A DNA stretch of 64,000 nt from a virus (lineage: Duplodnaviria > Caudoviricetes). The stretch lies in the IMG/VR virus record IMGVR_UViG_3300037067_019204, positions 97,312-161,311 of that record, one strand, 5' to 3'. The translations under genes were made by a program, and so were the position numbers. Positions within the stretch are counted from its first letter, which is position 1. The number at the start of each line of letters is the position of its first letter. Positions 1-9,356 of this stretch are shown here, piece by piece. Below the pieces are notes generated by a model. That model searched no databases. It saw nothing but the letters and a program-made list of their open reading frames with translations, and was not told where the DNA came from.

Positions 1-2
1 AA

Positions 3-653
3 GCAGTACATTTAGCTCAAAAAAAGGAAGGTGTTGAATCTGAAAATGCATTAAGTTTTCTTATTGAAGTATATGAGCCTTATATTAAGAAAATTTCTGG
101 TAAATATTTTACATATGTAAGCAATCCATTAGAGTATGAAGATGTTTTGCAAGAAGTATATGTAATATTTTTAGTATTAACTTATAAATATGATAAGCTA
201 ATATCCTCTTTTTCATATTATATAAATTTGATGCTTCCACAGTATATGAATGTTTGGTTACAAAAAATAACACAATCATACTCTGTTCCTGTAGACATCA
301 AAATTATAGAATCAACAATAAGCCATCCAGCTTTAGATACAGAAGATAAAGTTTATGATTATTTAAATGGAACTATTCTTGAGCGAGAGTATATCCATTT
401 TATAGAAGAACGGGCTAAGAAAAATTCAAGAAGTAATACGGTCAAAGAAGTTTGTGATAAAATATTCTTAGGTAATACAACATGTTCTGAACTAGCCCAA
501 GAACTGGGGATTAGTTATCATGCTGTATACGAAATAATTAATAAGATTAAAAAAGAATTGAGGTACTTTTTTAATTCAAATTGTTTTGCTGAATATTATA
601 TTACAAGTACTGGTGATTACAGTTTATTTCGTGGGGAGTTTAGATCAAAGTGA
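3..653 (+). CDS. Sigma-70 family RNA polymerase sigma factor, 5'-truncated by the window
   Basis: Frame is open from nt 3 (AVHLAQKK...YEPYIKKIS...YEDVLQEVYVIFLVLTYKYDKLISSFSYYI, region-2-like); C-terminal HTH TCSELAQELGISYHAVYEI. Confidence 0.75.
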   Translation, partial: AVHLAQKKEGVESENALSFLIEVYEPYIKKISGKYFTYVSNPLEYEDVLQEVYVIFLVLTYKYDKLISSFSYYINLMLPQYMNVWLQKITQSYSVPVDIKIIESTISHPALDTEDKVYDYLNGTILEREYIHFIEERAKKNSRSNTVKEVCDKIFLGNTTCSELAQELGISYHAVYEIINKIKKELRYFFNSNCFAEYYITSTGDYSLFRGEFRSK

Positions 654-838
654 TGGGAAACAATTATTCATTAATAAAACCATTGGTTGTTTATTTGCCA
701 TCCCACATTAAAAAAAGATTAATGTATAAAATAGATTTTTTTGAACTAAATGTTCAAGATGTGGTAGGTATTTTAATACAAAGATTTATCAATGGTGATT
801 TTGATGAAGATTTTTCTATACCAAAATTCAAAAAATAA
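650..838 (+). CDS. Small hypothetical protein, possibly ribbon-helix-helix
   Basis: Overlaps the sigma stop codon; strand-helix-helix-like pattern LVVYLPSHIKKRL...VQDVVGILIQRF. Confidence 0.45.
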   Translation: MMGNNYSLIKPLVVYLPSHIKKRLMYKIDFFELNVQDVVGILIQRFINGDFDEDFSIPKFKK

Positions 839-852
839 ATGAAGGAGATGCG

Positions 853-1089
853 ATGATGCCAATAATTTTATGGCTTGGTTTGGGTTTAGCAGGTAGTACC
901 CTTGTTGTTCTTCATAAGTGGTATGAGGGAGAAGATGTGACAGTAAATACTATAATTTTATTTACTTTAGCATTAATGGCAGGATTTGTTATACTTGTAG
1001 GGGCTTGTGTTGTTTGGGCAATAGATCTGATTGATTACTTACAAAAAAAAGGTGTTTTTAGTAAGATTGTAATTAAAGGAAAAAAGTAA
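853..1089 (+). CDS. Small membrane protein
   Basis: AAGGAG RBS; two hydrophobic segments. Confidence 0.6.
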   Translation: MMPIILWLGLGLAGSTLVVLHKWYEGEDVTVNTIILFTLALMAGFVILVGACVVWAIDLIDYLQKKGVFSKIVIKGKK

Positions 1090-1100
1090 AAACACACAAT

Positions 1101-1142
1101 TAAAATTAATACGATTATGGCTCCATAATCGTATTAATTTTA
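1101..1142. repeat. 42 bp palindrome, copy 1 (perfect 20 bp arms, CT core)
   Basis: TAAAATTAATACGATTATGG-CT-CCATAATCGTATTAATTTTA, overlapping TATAAT upstream of the GGCT gene. Confidence 0.9.
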
Positions 1143-1158
1143 TAATAGGAGAGTATAA

Positions 1159-1533
1159 TTGGAATATTTATTTGTTTATGGAACATTACGACAAGGATGT
1201 AGTCGTCATAATGTATTAATGAGTCATAGAGCAGAACTTGTTAGTGAAGCTATATGCAAGAATATGAAACTTCTTAATATAGGTTCATTTCCCGGAATGA
1301 TTGCTTCTGATAAAGAAGAAGATATGGTAAAAGGAGAACTGTATTTATTACCTGATCCTGAATCAATTATAAATATTTTAGATAGGATAGAAGGTGTGCC
1401 TTTTCTCTTTAGAAGAGAAGAAGTTGAGGTTATATGTAATGGTGAACCATGTACAGCATGGGCATATACTTATAATAGTAGTAAGAATAAAAGTTATGAT
1501 GTTATAGAATCGGGGGATTTTTTGGATATTTAG
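1159..1533 (+). CDS. Gamma-glutamylcyclotransferase (AIG2-like)
   Basis: LFVYGTLRQG, GELY, LDRIEG and AWAY motifs. Confidence 0.9.
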   Translation: MEYLFVYGTLRQGCSRHNVLMSHRAELVSEAICKNMKLLNIGSFPGMIASDKEEDMVKGELYLLPDPESIINILDRIEGVPFLFRREEVEVICNGEPCTAWAYTYNSSKNKSYDVIESGDFLDI

Positions 1534-1599
1534 CTTAAAATTATTAATAATTTATATATTATTTTAAGCATATAGTATTAGCAAGGAGAAGATTTAAAA

Positions 1600-2802
1600 A
1601 TGAAAAAAATAAAAAACAATAAAAAAGATTTAGATAAAAAATCTTCTAAAACGAAAAATGAAATTAAAAAGGAAATTGGGGAAAAAATAGATGTTCTTAT
1701 TAAGGATTCTAAATCTTCAAAAAAAAGATTTGAAAAAATTAAAAAAGATTTAGAAAGTAAGAAAATTAAAACTACAAACAAAGCAGAAAAAAATGAAATT
1801 GATTCAAAAATAAATAGTGTGGATGATGTGTTAGGGGATCTTAAATCTCATGTAAAAAGATTAAAAGATAAAAAACCAAAGAAAGAAAAATCTAAAAGTA
1901 AAAAATCTAAGCCAAAGAAAATACGCCCACCAAAAAAGAAAACACCTGAACAAGAATTTATTGCCCTTATAAAAGAAGGAAAACCTAGTTTAGAAGCATT
2001 CAAAGTTATATTTGATAATATCCAGACAGGTATATTTGATAGTATTCTTGAGTTATCACCTATTTTTGAATTTTATATAACTGAAAATAATGCTATGGTA
2101 TGGACCAAGGAAGAAAATCAAATATTAGCACATTCAAACTGTGAGGGAGAATTGGAGCTTGTAGAGGATGAAAAAGAAAAACAGATTGCAGTACCTTATG
2201 CTACTATTGGTGGTGATTGTGTCTTTCCTTTATCAAAAATTAAAAATAAAAAATCTATTTCTTATATTAAGGAAATGGAAAATTCAATTATAACTAAAAT
2301 AAGTGCTGATATAAAAGAAAAACTGATTAGTGCTATAGTAGAATTAGGAGATTTTGCAGACAAAAAGCATATTTTTCGCTACAAAAATAAAAAAAATAAA
2401 AATTCATTTTTTAATTTTATAATTAATGCTTTTGCTAAAACACCTATAAACATATATGGGACATTTCTTCTTTCCCAAGAAACAAAAGATATACTTATAA
2501 AATATAAAGAAGACATGAAACAACAAACCTCAGAAGAAGATGGGGAATATATTATTGTTCAAAATAGTATAGATATTATTATAGAGAATAGTGTTTTGTA
2601 TAAAAATTTAGCATTAGGTGAAATTTATTGTTTGGTTTATTCACCACATGGTAAACCTTTTGGTTATGCTGCTTTAAGAGAACTAATGGGGGTTTCTTCT
2701 GATAAATTTGTACTTGGTCAGCCTTGTTATGGGTATAGTGTTTTTTGTATGTTATCTTATGTAATCCCAAATATTCAGCAAGTATATAAAATTATATTAT
2801 AA
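1600..2802 (+). CDS. Lys-rich N-terminus fused to a divergent HK97-fold capsid-like domain
   Basis: About 115 aa K-rich N-terminus; C-terminal pattern (VPYATI...GEIYCLV..P..FG...RELM.V.SD...YGYSVF...IPN..VYKI) recalls jumbo-phage major capsid proteins. Confidence 0.45.
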   Translation: MKKIKNNKKDLDKKSSKTKNEIKKEIGEKIDVLIKDSKSSKKRFEKIKKDLESKKIKTTNKAEKNEIDSKINSVDDVLGDLKSHVKRLKDKKPKKEKSKSKKSKPKKIRPPKKKTPEQEFIALIKEGKPSLEAFKVIFDNIQTGIFDSILELSPIFEFYITENNAMVWTKEENQILAHSNCEGELELVEDEKEKQIAVPYATIGGDCVFPLSKIKNKKSISYIKEMENSIITKISADIKEKLISAIVELGDFADKKHIFRYKNKKNKNSFFNFIINAFAKTPINIYGTFLLSQETKDILIKYKEDMKQQTSEEDGEYIIVQNSIDIIIENSVLYKNLALGEIYCLVYSPHGKPFGYAALRELMGVSSDKFVLGQPCYGYSVFCMLSYVIPNIQQVYKIIL

Positions 2803-2811
2803 GCGGTTCAT

Positions 2812-5800
2812 ATGGCATTAGGTGATAAATTATTAGATCCCGGTTTTAACCCAACTGATCCATCACGATCAAAAATTGATGGCTTTCCTTATTTTAAAAG
2901 TGTAATAAAATGTCCTGTTACTTTTACCAATGATATTATTGAATACGCAGAGAGCAAGGATTTCATCGGGGGTAAACTTCGCCCTTTACAAAAATTATTT
3001 CTGGAAGAACTTTTTTCAAGAGATACTTTGGGCAATTACAGATATACTGAAGGTGTGCTGTGTTCAGGAATGCGCGGAGGTAAGACGCTTATAAAAGGCA
3101 CACCTTTGCTTATGTATAATGGCACAATAAAAAAAGTTGAAGAGCTTCATCTTGGTGATTTAGTAATGGGTCCAGATTCAACACCTCGTACTGTATTAGA
3201 AATACATAGTGGTGTGTCGGAGCTTTTTGAAATACAACAATCTTGTGCAATGACATATACTGTTAATGAATACCACATACTTTCTCTTAAAAAAGCCCAA
3301 TCAGCTAAAAATGCAGATTTAAAATCACGTAATAGCAGGGGACGTTTTCCCAACGAACCAGAAATTGTTAATATACCAATTAAAGATTATTTAAAAAAAT
3401 CTAAGAAATGGAAATATTTCTTTAGGGGGTACAAAGCAGGACTAATAAATTTTCCAATTAAGGAAGTTTTATTAGATCCTTACTTTCTAGCTTGTTGGCT
3501 TGCCGATGGTACATCTATAGCCCCAGAGATAACATCTCCTGATATAGAAATAAAAAGTTATTTACAAGATTTTGCAAATAAGAACAATTTAAGATTATCT
3601 GTTGGTAAGAAAAAAGGAACAACAGCAGAAACACTTCGTTTATGCCGCATAACGGGAATGGCAAATCCAATTTTAGATAAATTAAAATCTTTAAATGTCT
3701 ACAATAATAAACATATACCATTAGAATATATTGCAAATAGTAAAGAAATAAGATTACAAATATTAGCTGGGATGCTTGATTGTGATGGTTATTATACAAA
3801 AAAGCATGGATATGAAATAACATTAGCTAATAAAACATTGGCATATGATGTTAAACGTATTGCTGATACTTTAGGATACAGGACACACATAAGACATAAA
3901 AGAACAACATGTAATTATAATAATTTTGTTGGGGATGGTTGGAGATTATCTATTTATGGAAATGTTTGGGAAATACCATGTAAAGTAGAAAGAAAAAAGT
4001 ATGTTTACAATGGAAAGTTTTCAAATAAGGAGCAAGGTTTATCTTCTCTTAAAGTAACTTCGATTGGACAAGGAGAATATTATGGAATCGGTGTTGACAA
4101 AGATAACCTATATTGCCTAGCCGATGGTACTGTAACACACAATTCTTGGTTAGCTGCTTTAATTAGTACATATATGACTCAATTCATGCTTCAGTTTAAT
4201 GACCCTGCTGTCCAATTTGGGCAATCACCCGGAACTCGTCTTACTGCACAATGTATTGCCACAACAGAGATCCAAGCAAAAGAAACAGTTTTTGCCCATG
4301 TAGAAAGTTTGATTTCAAAAACAGATTGGTGGAAAAAATATATTTCTTATTTGGTGGAAAGGGAAACTGCTGAAAATAAAAAAGGTCAATTATTTACACA
4401 GTTTAAATTAGCATTTGAATTTCCTGAAAAAAGTTTAGCCATACTTTCTTTGCACTCAAACTCTGGTGCTTTAGCTGGTAAAACAAGTTATTGTGTTGTT
4501 CTTGATGAGCTTAGTCGATTTGATGTGGCAGAAGGGAGCGTACAAACAAGAGAGGAAAAAAGAACAGCCGATGCTGTATACTCTACTGTAACACGTTCTT
4601 GCTCAACACTGGGTGCAATAAGTAAAGTTGTAACCATATCTTCTCCTATGTTTGAAGACGATTACACCATGCAATTGGTTGGAATGGCTGGGGCGTGTTA
4701 TGTTAATCAAATGGCATCTATTATAAATCCTTTACGAACAAAGTATGATAGTAAAAGAGCACCTAGCTTATATGCTATGCATGCTACAAGTTTTGAATTA
4801 AATCCAAAAACAGAAGATAATCCAACAGGGCTATCAGAAGATGACCCACGATTTATTAATGAAAAACAAAAGAATCCTGAGACATATAGACGTGACTATT
4901 TAGCTATACCACCTGCAACTATTAATCCATTTTTTGAATATCCAGAACGGATTGATAGGGTTATCCATAAAAGAGATAAAATGGTATTATTTTCTGATAA
5001 AATAATAGAAGAAATGATTCAGAGTGATCATGGTGCTATTCAACGTTTATACATAGGAAAAAAAGTATTGCCTTTGATTCAAGATAGAATGAAGAAATAT
5101 TATGTTTGTGTTGACCAAGGAGAAAAGAAAGACCATTTTACATTAGCAATGGGACATGTTGAAGAGATCCCTATAGAGACTCAAAAAGAAAGTGGGGAAA
5201 AAGAAGAAAGAATAAGACTTAAAATAATTATAGATTTTGTTGAGGGCTGGGTTCCTGATAAAGAAAACCGTGTTACAGTTTCATTTCAAAATGTGGAAGA
5301 ATCTATTAAGCTTCTTTGCACATGGTTTAATGTTGGTTCGGTAGCGTATGACCAATGGGCATCTATTGAATCAATCCAAAGATTGTTTTCAGAAGGTATT
5401 TATACTCAACAACTTGGTGCAACAATTGAAATGTATGATATTTTTAAACAACTTATTTATCAAGGACAAATTGAACTTCCAGATCATGAAATTCTTTTAC
5501 GTGAACTTAAACAATTAACAAATATAAAATCTAAAAAAATTGAACACCCTGTTTCTGGAAGTAAAGACTACTCAGATGCTTGTTGCCGTGTTATTTGGTT
5601 GTGTTATGAAGAATATATCCTTAATACAATAGAGGGTAAACATATTTTACCCATGCGCCAGAGTCTTCCAACCATACGATCAGTTGCCACTTTTTATGAG
5701 TTAGCAAGAATGAATCAGAACAATCCCCATGCCGCTATATGGGGGCAGAGTCGAGCCGGAGAAGGGGTGTTTGGAGACGGGATGGTCGTGCGGCAAAATG

Positions 5801-5826
5801 TGATGCCAAATTTAAAAAATAATTAA
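2812..5826 (+). CDS. terL: Terminase large subunit with intein
   Basis: LRPLQ; Walker A GMRGGK/S restored after splicing; Walker B VVLDE; TISSP; nuclease motifs CVDQG, AYDQW, IEHP..GSKDYSDA. Confidence 0.9.
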   Translation: MALGDKLLDPGFNPTDPSRSKIDGFPYFKSVIKCPVTFTNDIIEYAESKDFIGGKLRPLQKLFLEELFSRDTLGNYRYTEGVLCSGMRGGKTLIKGTPLLMYNGTIKKVEELHLGDLVMGPDSTPRTVLEIHSGVSELFEIQQSCAMTYTVNEYHILSLKKAQSAKNADLKSRNSRGRFPNEPEIVNIPIKDYLKKSKKWKYFFRGYKAGLINFPIKEVLLDPYFLACWLADGTSIAPEITSPDIEIKSYLQDFANKNNLRLSVGKKKGTTAETLRLCRITGMANPILDKLKSLNVYNNKHIPLEYIANSKEIRLQILAGMLDCDGYYTKKHGYEITLANKTLAYDVKRIADTLGYRTHIRHKRTTCNYNNFVGDGWRLSIYGNVWEIPCKVERKKYVYNGKFSNKEQGLSSLKVTSIGQGEYYGIGVDKDNLYCLADGTVTHNSWLAALISTYMTQFMLQFNDPAVQFGQSPGTRLTAQCIATTEIQAKETVFAHVESLISKTDWWKKYISYLVERETAENKKGQLFTQFKLAFEFPEKSLAILSLHSNSGALAGKTSYCVVLDELSRFDVAEGSVQTREEKRTADAVYSTVTRSCSTLGAISKVVTISSPMFEDDYTMQLVGMAGACYVNQMASIINPLRTKYDSKRAPSLYAMHATSFELNPKTEDNPTGLSEDDPRFINEKQKNPETYRRDYLAIPPATINPFFEYPERIDRVIHKRDKMVLFSDKIIEEMIQSDHGAIQRLYIGKKVLPLIQDRMKKYYVCVDQGEKKDHFTLAMGHVEEIPIETQKESGEKEERIRLKIIIDFVEGWVPDKENRVTVSFQNVEESIKLLCTWFNVGSVAYDQWASIESIQRLFSEGIYTQQLGATIEMYDIFKQLIYQGQIELPDHEILLRELKQLTNIKSKKIEHPVSGSKDYSDACCRVIWLCYEEYILNTIEGKHILPMRQSLPTIRSVATFYELARMNQNNPHAAIWGQSRAGEGVFGDGMVVRQNVMPNLKNN
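3085..4143 (+). mobile_element. Intein (353 aa) with LAGLIDADG homing endonuclease, inserted in the terminase Walker A motif
   Basis: Block A TLIKGTPLLMYNG, block B VNEYHIL, WLADG and LAGMLDCDG, C-terminal VTHN followed by +1 Ser. Confidence 0.92.
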
Positions 5827-5827
5827 T

Positions 5828-5865
5828 AAAAAAACGGGTAAAGACCTTTCGATCTTTACCCGTTT
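5828..5865 (-). terminator. Rho-independent terminator at the convergence point
   Basis: 13 bp stem AAACGGGTAAAGA/TCTTTACCCGTTT; GAAA tetraloop and U7 run on the minus strand. Confidence 0.85.
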
Positions 5866-5867
5866 AT

Positions 5868-6008
5868 CAGAAGTAAACGCACAGGATTGTGAGTGGTAGC
5901 AAAAAAATGTGTGATCTATTTTGCCCCTTCTCAAAAAGAAATTGTCTGATACAATTTCTCCTTTAAGGCCAGTCTTCTTAATGCAAGAAGAAACTAAACG
6001 GTTGGCCT
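5868..6008 (-). ncRNA. Putative tracrRNA-like structured RNA with anti-repeat
   Basis: 5868-5886 is complementary to the CRISPR repeat (6 bp + internal loop + 10 bp); hairpins at 5937-5959 and 5966-6008. Confidence 0.45.
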
Positions 6009-6049
6009 AATTTATATTATATTTTTTCTTATATATTCAAGGTGCCTAT

Positions 6050-6260
6050 CCAGTCTTCCTGTGCGTAAGGGCTTCTAGTCTGCTGTTGTCTCTTAAAGTA
6101 TACTAAACATCCCGTCTTCCTGTGCGTAAGGGCTTCTATCAGAAAGAAACATGTAATGTATTCCTTTTGAACCCGTCTTCCTGTGCGTAAGGGCTTCTAA
6201 GAAACATTAATAGATTGTAGCTATTAGAATACCCCGTCTTCCTGTGCGTAAGGGCTTCTA
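6050..6260 (-). CRISPR. CRISPR mini-array, 4 repeats and 3 spacers, no cas genes in window
   Basis: 28 bp repeat CCCGTCTTCCTGTGCGTAAGGGCTTCTA at 6050 (one mismatch), 6111, 6172 and 6233; three unique spacers of exactly 33 bp. Confidence 0.88.
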
Positions 6261-6362
6261 AGGCCCACAGCTTGTGACAAACATTGAGTATATAAGCATT
6301 AAAATAAGTGTAATCATTGCTGATATAATAACAGAACAATATATCCACAAAAACATATCCAT
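6258..6362 (-). CDS. 34 aa hydrophobic peptide whose TAG stop is the first 3 nt of the first CRISPR repeat
   Basis: GAGGTG RBS, ATG at 6362; MDMFLWIYCSVIISAMITLILMLIYSMFVTSCGP*. Confidence 0.55.
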   Translation of the reverse strand: MDMFLWIYCSVIISAMITLILMLIYSMFVTSCGP

Positions 6363-6377
6363 ATAATCACCTCTTAT

Positions 6378-6725
6378 CTAATTTTCATATTCTTTTACTA
6401 CTATTGGTTTTGTAGAGTTTATATATTCTTTTTCTTCCTCTATAACCTTTTCTGCTGATTGAATAGTATCACAATAAGTAATCTTTTTTAATGCAATATT
6501 TTTAAAACCGCACCAAACACCAGAAGGTGTTTGCCATTGTGGATAATATTTATCTTTAATTTTAACAATTCTATATGCTATAGGATCAGGTATAGAATTA
6601 GTAGATGGTAATTTTTTTCTTGATTGACGATAATAGCAACCCATAAGAACAATTAATATAAATAAAAAAATGCAAATTACAATCCCCCAAGTACCTAATA
6701 CTGTATATGAATTCAATATACTCAT
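6378..6725 (-). CDS. Membrane-anchored hypothetical protein
   Basis: AGGAGG RBS; N-terminal TM helix. Confidence 0.6.
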   Translation of the reverse strand: MSILNSYTVLGTWGIVICIFLFILIVLMGCYYRQSRKKLPSTNSIPDPIAYRIVKIKDKYYPQWQTPSGVWCGFKNIALKKITYCDTIQSAEKVIEEEKEYINSTKPIVVKEYEN

Positions 6726-7091
6726 ATCTAAACCTCCTACTTATTTATTATTTTTAATAAAATAATTTTTGTCATTATCTTTTCTAATCCAAATTCCATA
6801 CCAACCATTATCTTTTGATATAAAAAGATAGCCGGGTTGGTTATCAAAGCAAATAGTTTGTTTTCTAAAACAATAAAAAGACCATGTTTTATTTCCCAAT
6901 ATATCTTTTGCTTTATTTGTTAATGGTTCAATATTCATAGTTATCACCACCACCCATAAAACGGATGATAACTTTCAACTTTTTTGCATTTGACACAAAT
7001 ACGAGTATTAAAATCATAATAGTGCCATTTGTGTAATCCTATGTTGCATAATTTCATTTTGATTACCCCAAGATTATTAAGTGTTAATTAA

Positions 7092-7574
7092 CTATGTCCA
7101 TAAAAAGTTTCTTATTTTAATCAAACAAACCAAACTCTCTTCTTCTTTTTTCCTAAATTCTTCCTCACATTGTTTTAGCAAATCAAATAAATATTCCCCA
7201 TATTTAGAACAAATTGATTTATATTCGTAAAAATCATCCCCTTGATAAGGTTCAGACCATAATATATTATGTTCAGACCATTCACTTAGTAAGTAATCAA
7301 TTTCATCTTGTTTTTCCTGTCTTTCTTTTTTCCAGTAATTATAAAGATAGTCCATATCTTTCTTTGCTTGTTCATGATATTCATCACTATCCCAACAGAT
7401 TGTATCTATTCCACCATTCTCATAAAAATCACAGAGAAGTTCAAAATTAAAAGTAACCAACATGTCCAAGCATTCCCACGGTGCATAGAATGCTTTGCTG
7501 GATTTCCAAAACAATTTTATCTTATAGTATCTTCTTCTTATAAACCAAGTATGTTTATATATAAATTTATTCAT
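7092..7574 (-). CDS. Hypothetical phage protein
   Basis: 160 aa ORF in the minus-strand operon. Confidence 0.6.
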   Translation of the reverse strand: MNKFIYKHTWFIRRRYYKIKLFWKSSKAFYAPWECLDMLVTFNFELLCDFYENGGIDTICWDSDEYHEQAKKDMDYLYNYWKKERQEKQDEIDYLLSEWSEHNILWSEPYQGDDFYEYKSICSKYGEYLFDLLKQCEEEFRKKEEESLVCLIKIRNFLWT

Positions 7575-7775
7575 GGTTTTTTCTTCTCTTTAGATAGACT
7601 AACGGTATCAATATACAGCATTGCAAATAACACAGCCTCAAGTATGTGAGCCGAAAGTTCACCATGATTCATATTTTGGTTTGCCCCAATATATGTAATT
7701 ACTGCATTATAAATATCATTTTGAAACTCATCCCCAAATGCACTCATAGCGGACCTCCTTATATGTTATAAAAAC

Positions 7776-7804
7776 AAAATACTATATGCTTATTTAAATG
7801 TCAA
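7776..7804 (-). promoter_or_regulatory. Sigma70-type promoter
   Basis: TTGACA-17-TATTTT upstream of an AGGAGG RBS. Confidence 0.5.
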
Positions 7805-7873
7805 TAAAAAATTATTAATTATAATAATAAAGGAAAAGTGTTTAGCTTTTCCTTTATTATTTCTTTATATAAA

Positions 7874-8365
7874 TTATTTAAGCGGAAACGGTGAACAAAT
7901 AACTCGTGGTTCAAAGTAAACTGGGCGAGGATTTCCTTTAGGATCAATAAGCATTACCCAAGTCCCCTCAGCATCAGCAGGAGAAAACAATCCATTGGGA
8001 TCTGCTTGAGGAGTTGTAGTTCCATTATAATCATATTTCATAGGATTAGTAAACTGTGTGGCATAGGGAATGGGGTATCCTATTGCTTTACCACGAAAAT
8101 GAAGTCCACCACTCATATCTTCAGTATAGACATAAGTAATAAAATTTTCTTTATCTCGAAGTTCTATAATCATTTTAAGAAGCTTACGTTCCCTAAAATT
8201 TTTAACTGCTGGCATTCCTATTTGAGATGTTCCTTCTGCAAGAATTTTTTCTTGTTGCTCCCTTTGGACATCATCTGAATTACGTTGCATACAACCATCG
8301 TTCCCCTTTGCACCCATCAAAAAAACTGTAAACAAAACCACTAAAAAAGCAAAATATTTTCTCAT
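7874..8365 (-). CDS. Exported/lipoprotein-like conserved phage protein
   Basis: Signal peptide; GYPIPYATQFTNP...PQADPNGLFSP..AEGTWVM. Confidence 0.65.
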   Translation of the reverse strand: MRKYFAFLVVLFTVFLMGAKGNDGCMQRNSDDVQREQQEKILAEGTSQIGMPAVKNFRERKLLKMIIELRDKENFITYVYTEDMSGGLHFRGKAIGYPIPYATQFTNPMKYDYNGTTTPQADPNGLFSPADAEGTWVMLIDPKGNPRPVYFEPRVICSPFPLK

Positions 8366-8415
8366 AATTATCTCCTTTTATTTTATTAATTTTTTTCTAG
8401 AACATAAAAAGTATT

Positions 8416-8763
8416 TTATTGCACATTGTTTTCTTCATAAGAATCATACTTACATTTTTTTAGAAAATCACGAAGTTCTGATGATAAACGATCTTCATTA
8501 TAATCTGAAAACTTGATGCGAACTGTATTCATAATAGCTTTTTTATCTTGTTTATCTTTAGCCATATTGTATTGATGCATAAGATCAATAAGCTCTTGTT
8601 GCATACCTTGATTATAAGACTTAGTTTCTTCAAATATTTGTCGTCTAATATTCTCCCGTTTAGGACCAATAAAACTTTCCCATATTAGACTAGAATAATC
8701 AAGACCAAGTATTAAAGCAAAAAACAAAACAAAACCACCAACCCACATAGAAATAAGTTTCAT
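8416..8763 (-). CDS. Membrane-anchored phage protein, likely partner of 7874..8365
   Basis: N-terminal TM; ENIRRQIFEETKSYNQG. Confidence 0.65.
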   Translation of the reverse strand: MKLISMWVGGFVLFFALILGLDYSSLIWESFIGPKRENIRRQIFEETKSYNQGMQQELIDLMHQYNMAKDKQDKKAIMNTVRIKFSDYNEDRLSSELRDFLKKCKYDSYEENNVQ

Positions 8764-8786
8764 AAAGCATCCTCCTTTTTTGATTT

Positions 8787-9356
8787 TTAATCATTCCACA
8801 AAAAATCTAATAGTGTATAGATATAATCTATTTGAGCATCTGTAAACTTCCATCTTTTACCTATGTTCTTATCTGCCCAATCAAAAGGACCATCACTACC
8901 TTTTTCTTTGCTCATTGCACACCAATCACAACACATTTCAGCTATATCTATATCAGACATGATTGTTGCGTCTGTGATAGATTGGGGTGATTTATCTTTA
9001 TCTTCTTTATTTATTTTTGAATTTTTATCAAAAAACTCAGGATGATGACTATTATTATGAATATGATGCTCAGTGGCTTTATGCATAGCATCCCTTGTTG
9101 CCGCATCTACTTCAAAAGGAATATTGTTATCCTTACAATAATATTCCCAAGTAACATATACATAAGGAGCTACTTCAGGCCCATAAAATTTACTTTCATC
9201 ATGGATAGCTCCCCTTTCTAATAGTTCTTTATATACATCAGGATCAAAATCATATAACTTTTTACAATAACTATTTACTAGACTTATGTGATTCTCTGTT
9301 CTTTTATAAAACCAATTAATCATTTCTTTATTCATGTCTATTTCTCCTATTAACAA
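8787..9356 (-). CDS. DUF5662-like HD-type phosphohydrolase
   Basis: HDESKF, HH..N.HHPEF, DIAEMCCDW motifs. Confidence 0.65.
   Translation of the reverse strand: MLIGEIDMNKEMINWFYKRTENHISLVNSYCKKLYDFDPDVYKELLERGAIHDESKFYGPEVAPYVYVTWEYYCKDNNIPFEVDAATRDAMHKATEHHIHNNSHHPEFFDKNSKINKEDKDKSPQSITDATIMSDIDIAEMCCDWCAMSKEKGSDGPFDWADKNIGKRWKFTDAQIDYIYTLLDFLWND

Noticed and set aside
5969-5996. Fifth degenerate CRISPR repeat (CCAGTCTTC...)
   Set aside because: Only the first 9 nt match and it is 81 bp from the next repeat rather than 61; better explained as part of a hairpin.
6139-6348. 69 aa minus-strand ORF crossing the array
   Set aside because: It reads through CRISPR repeats; the RBS-supported ORF is 6258..6362 in another frame.
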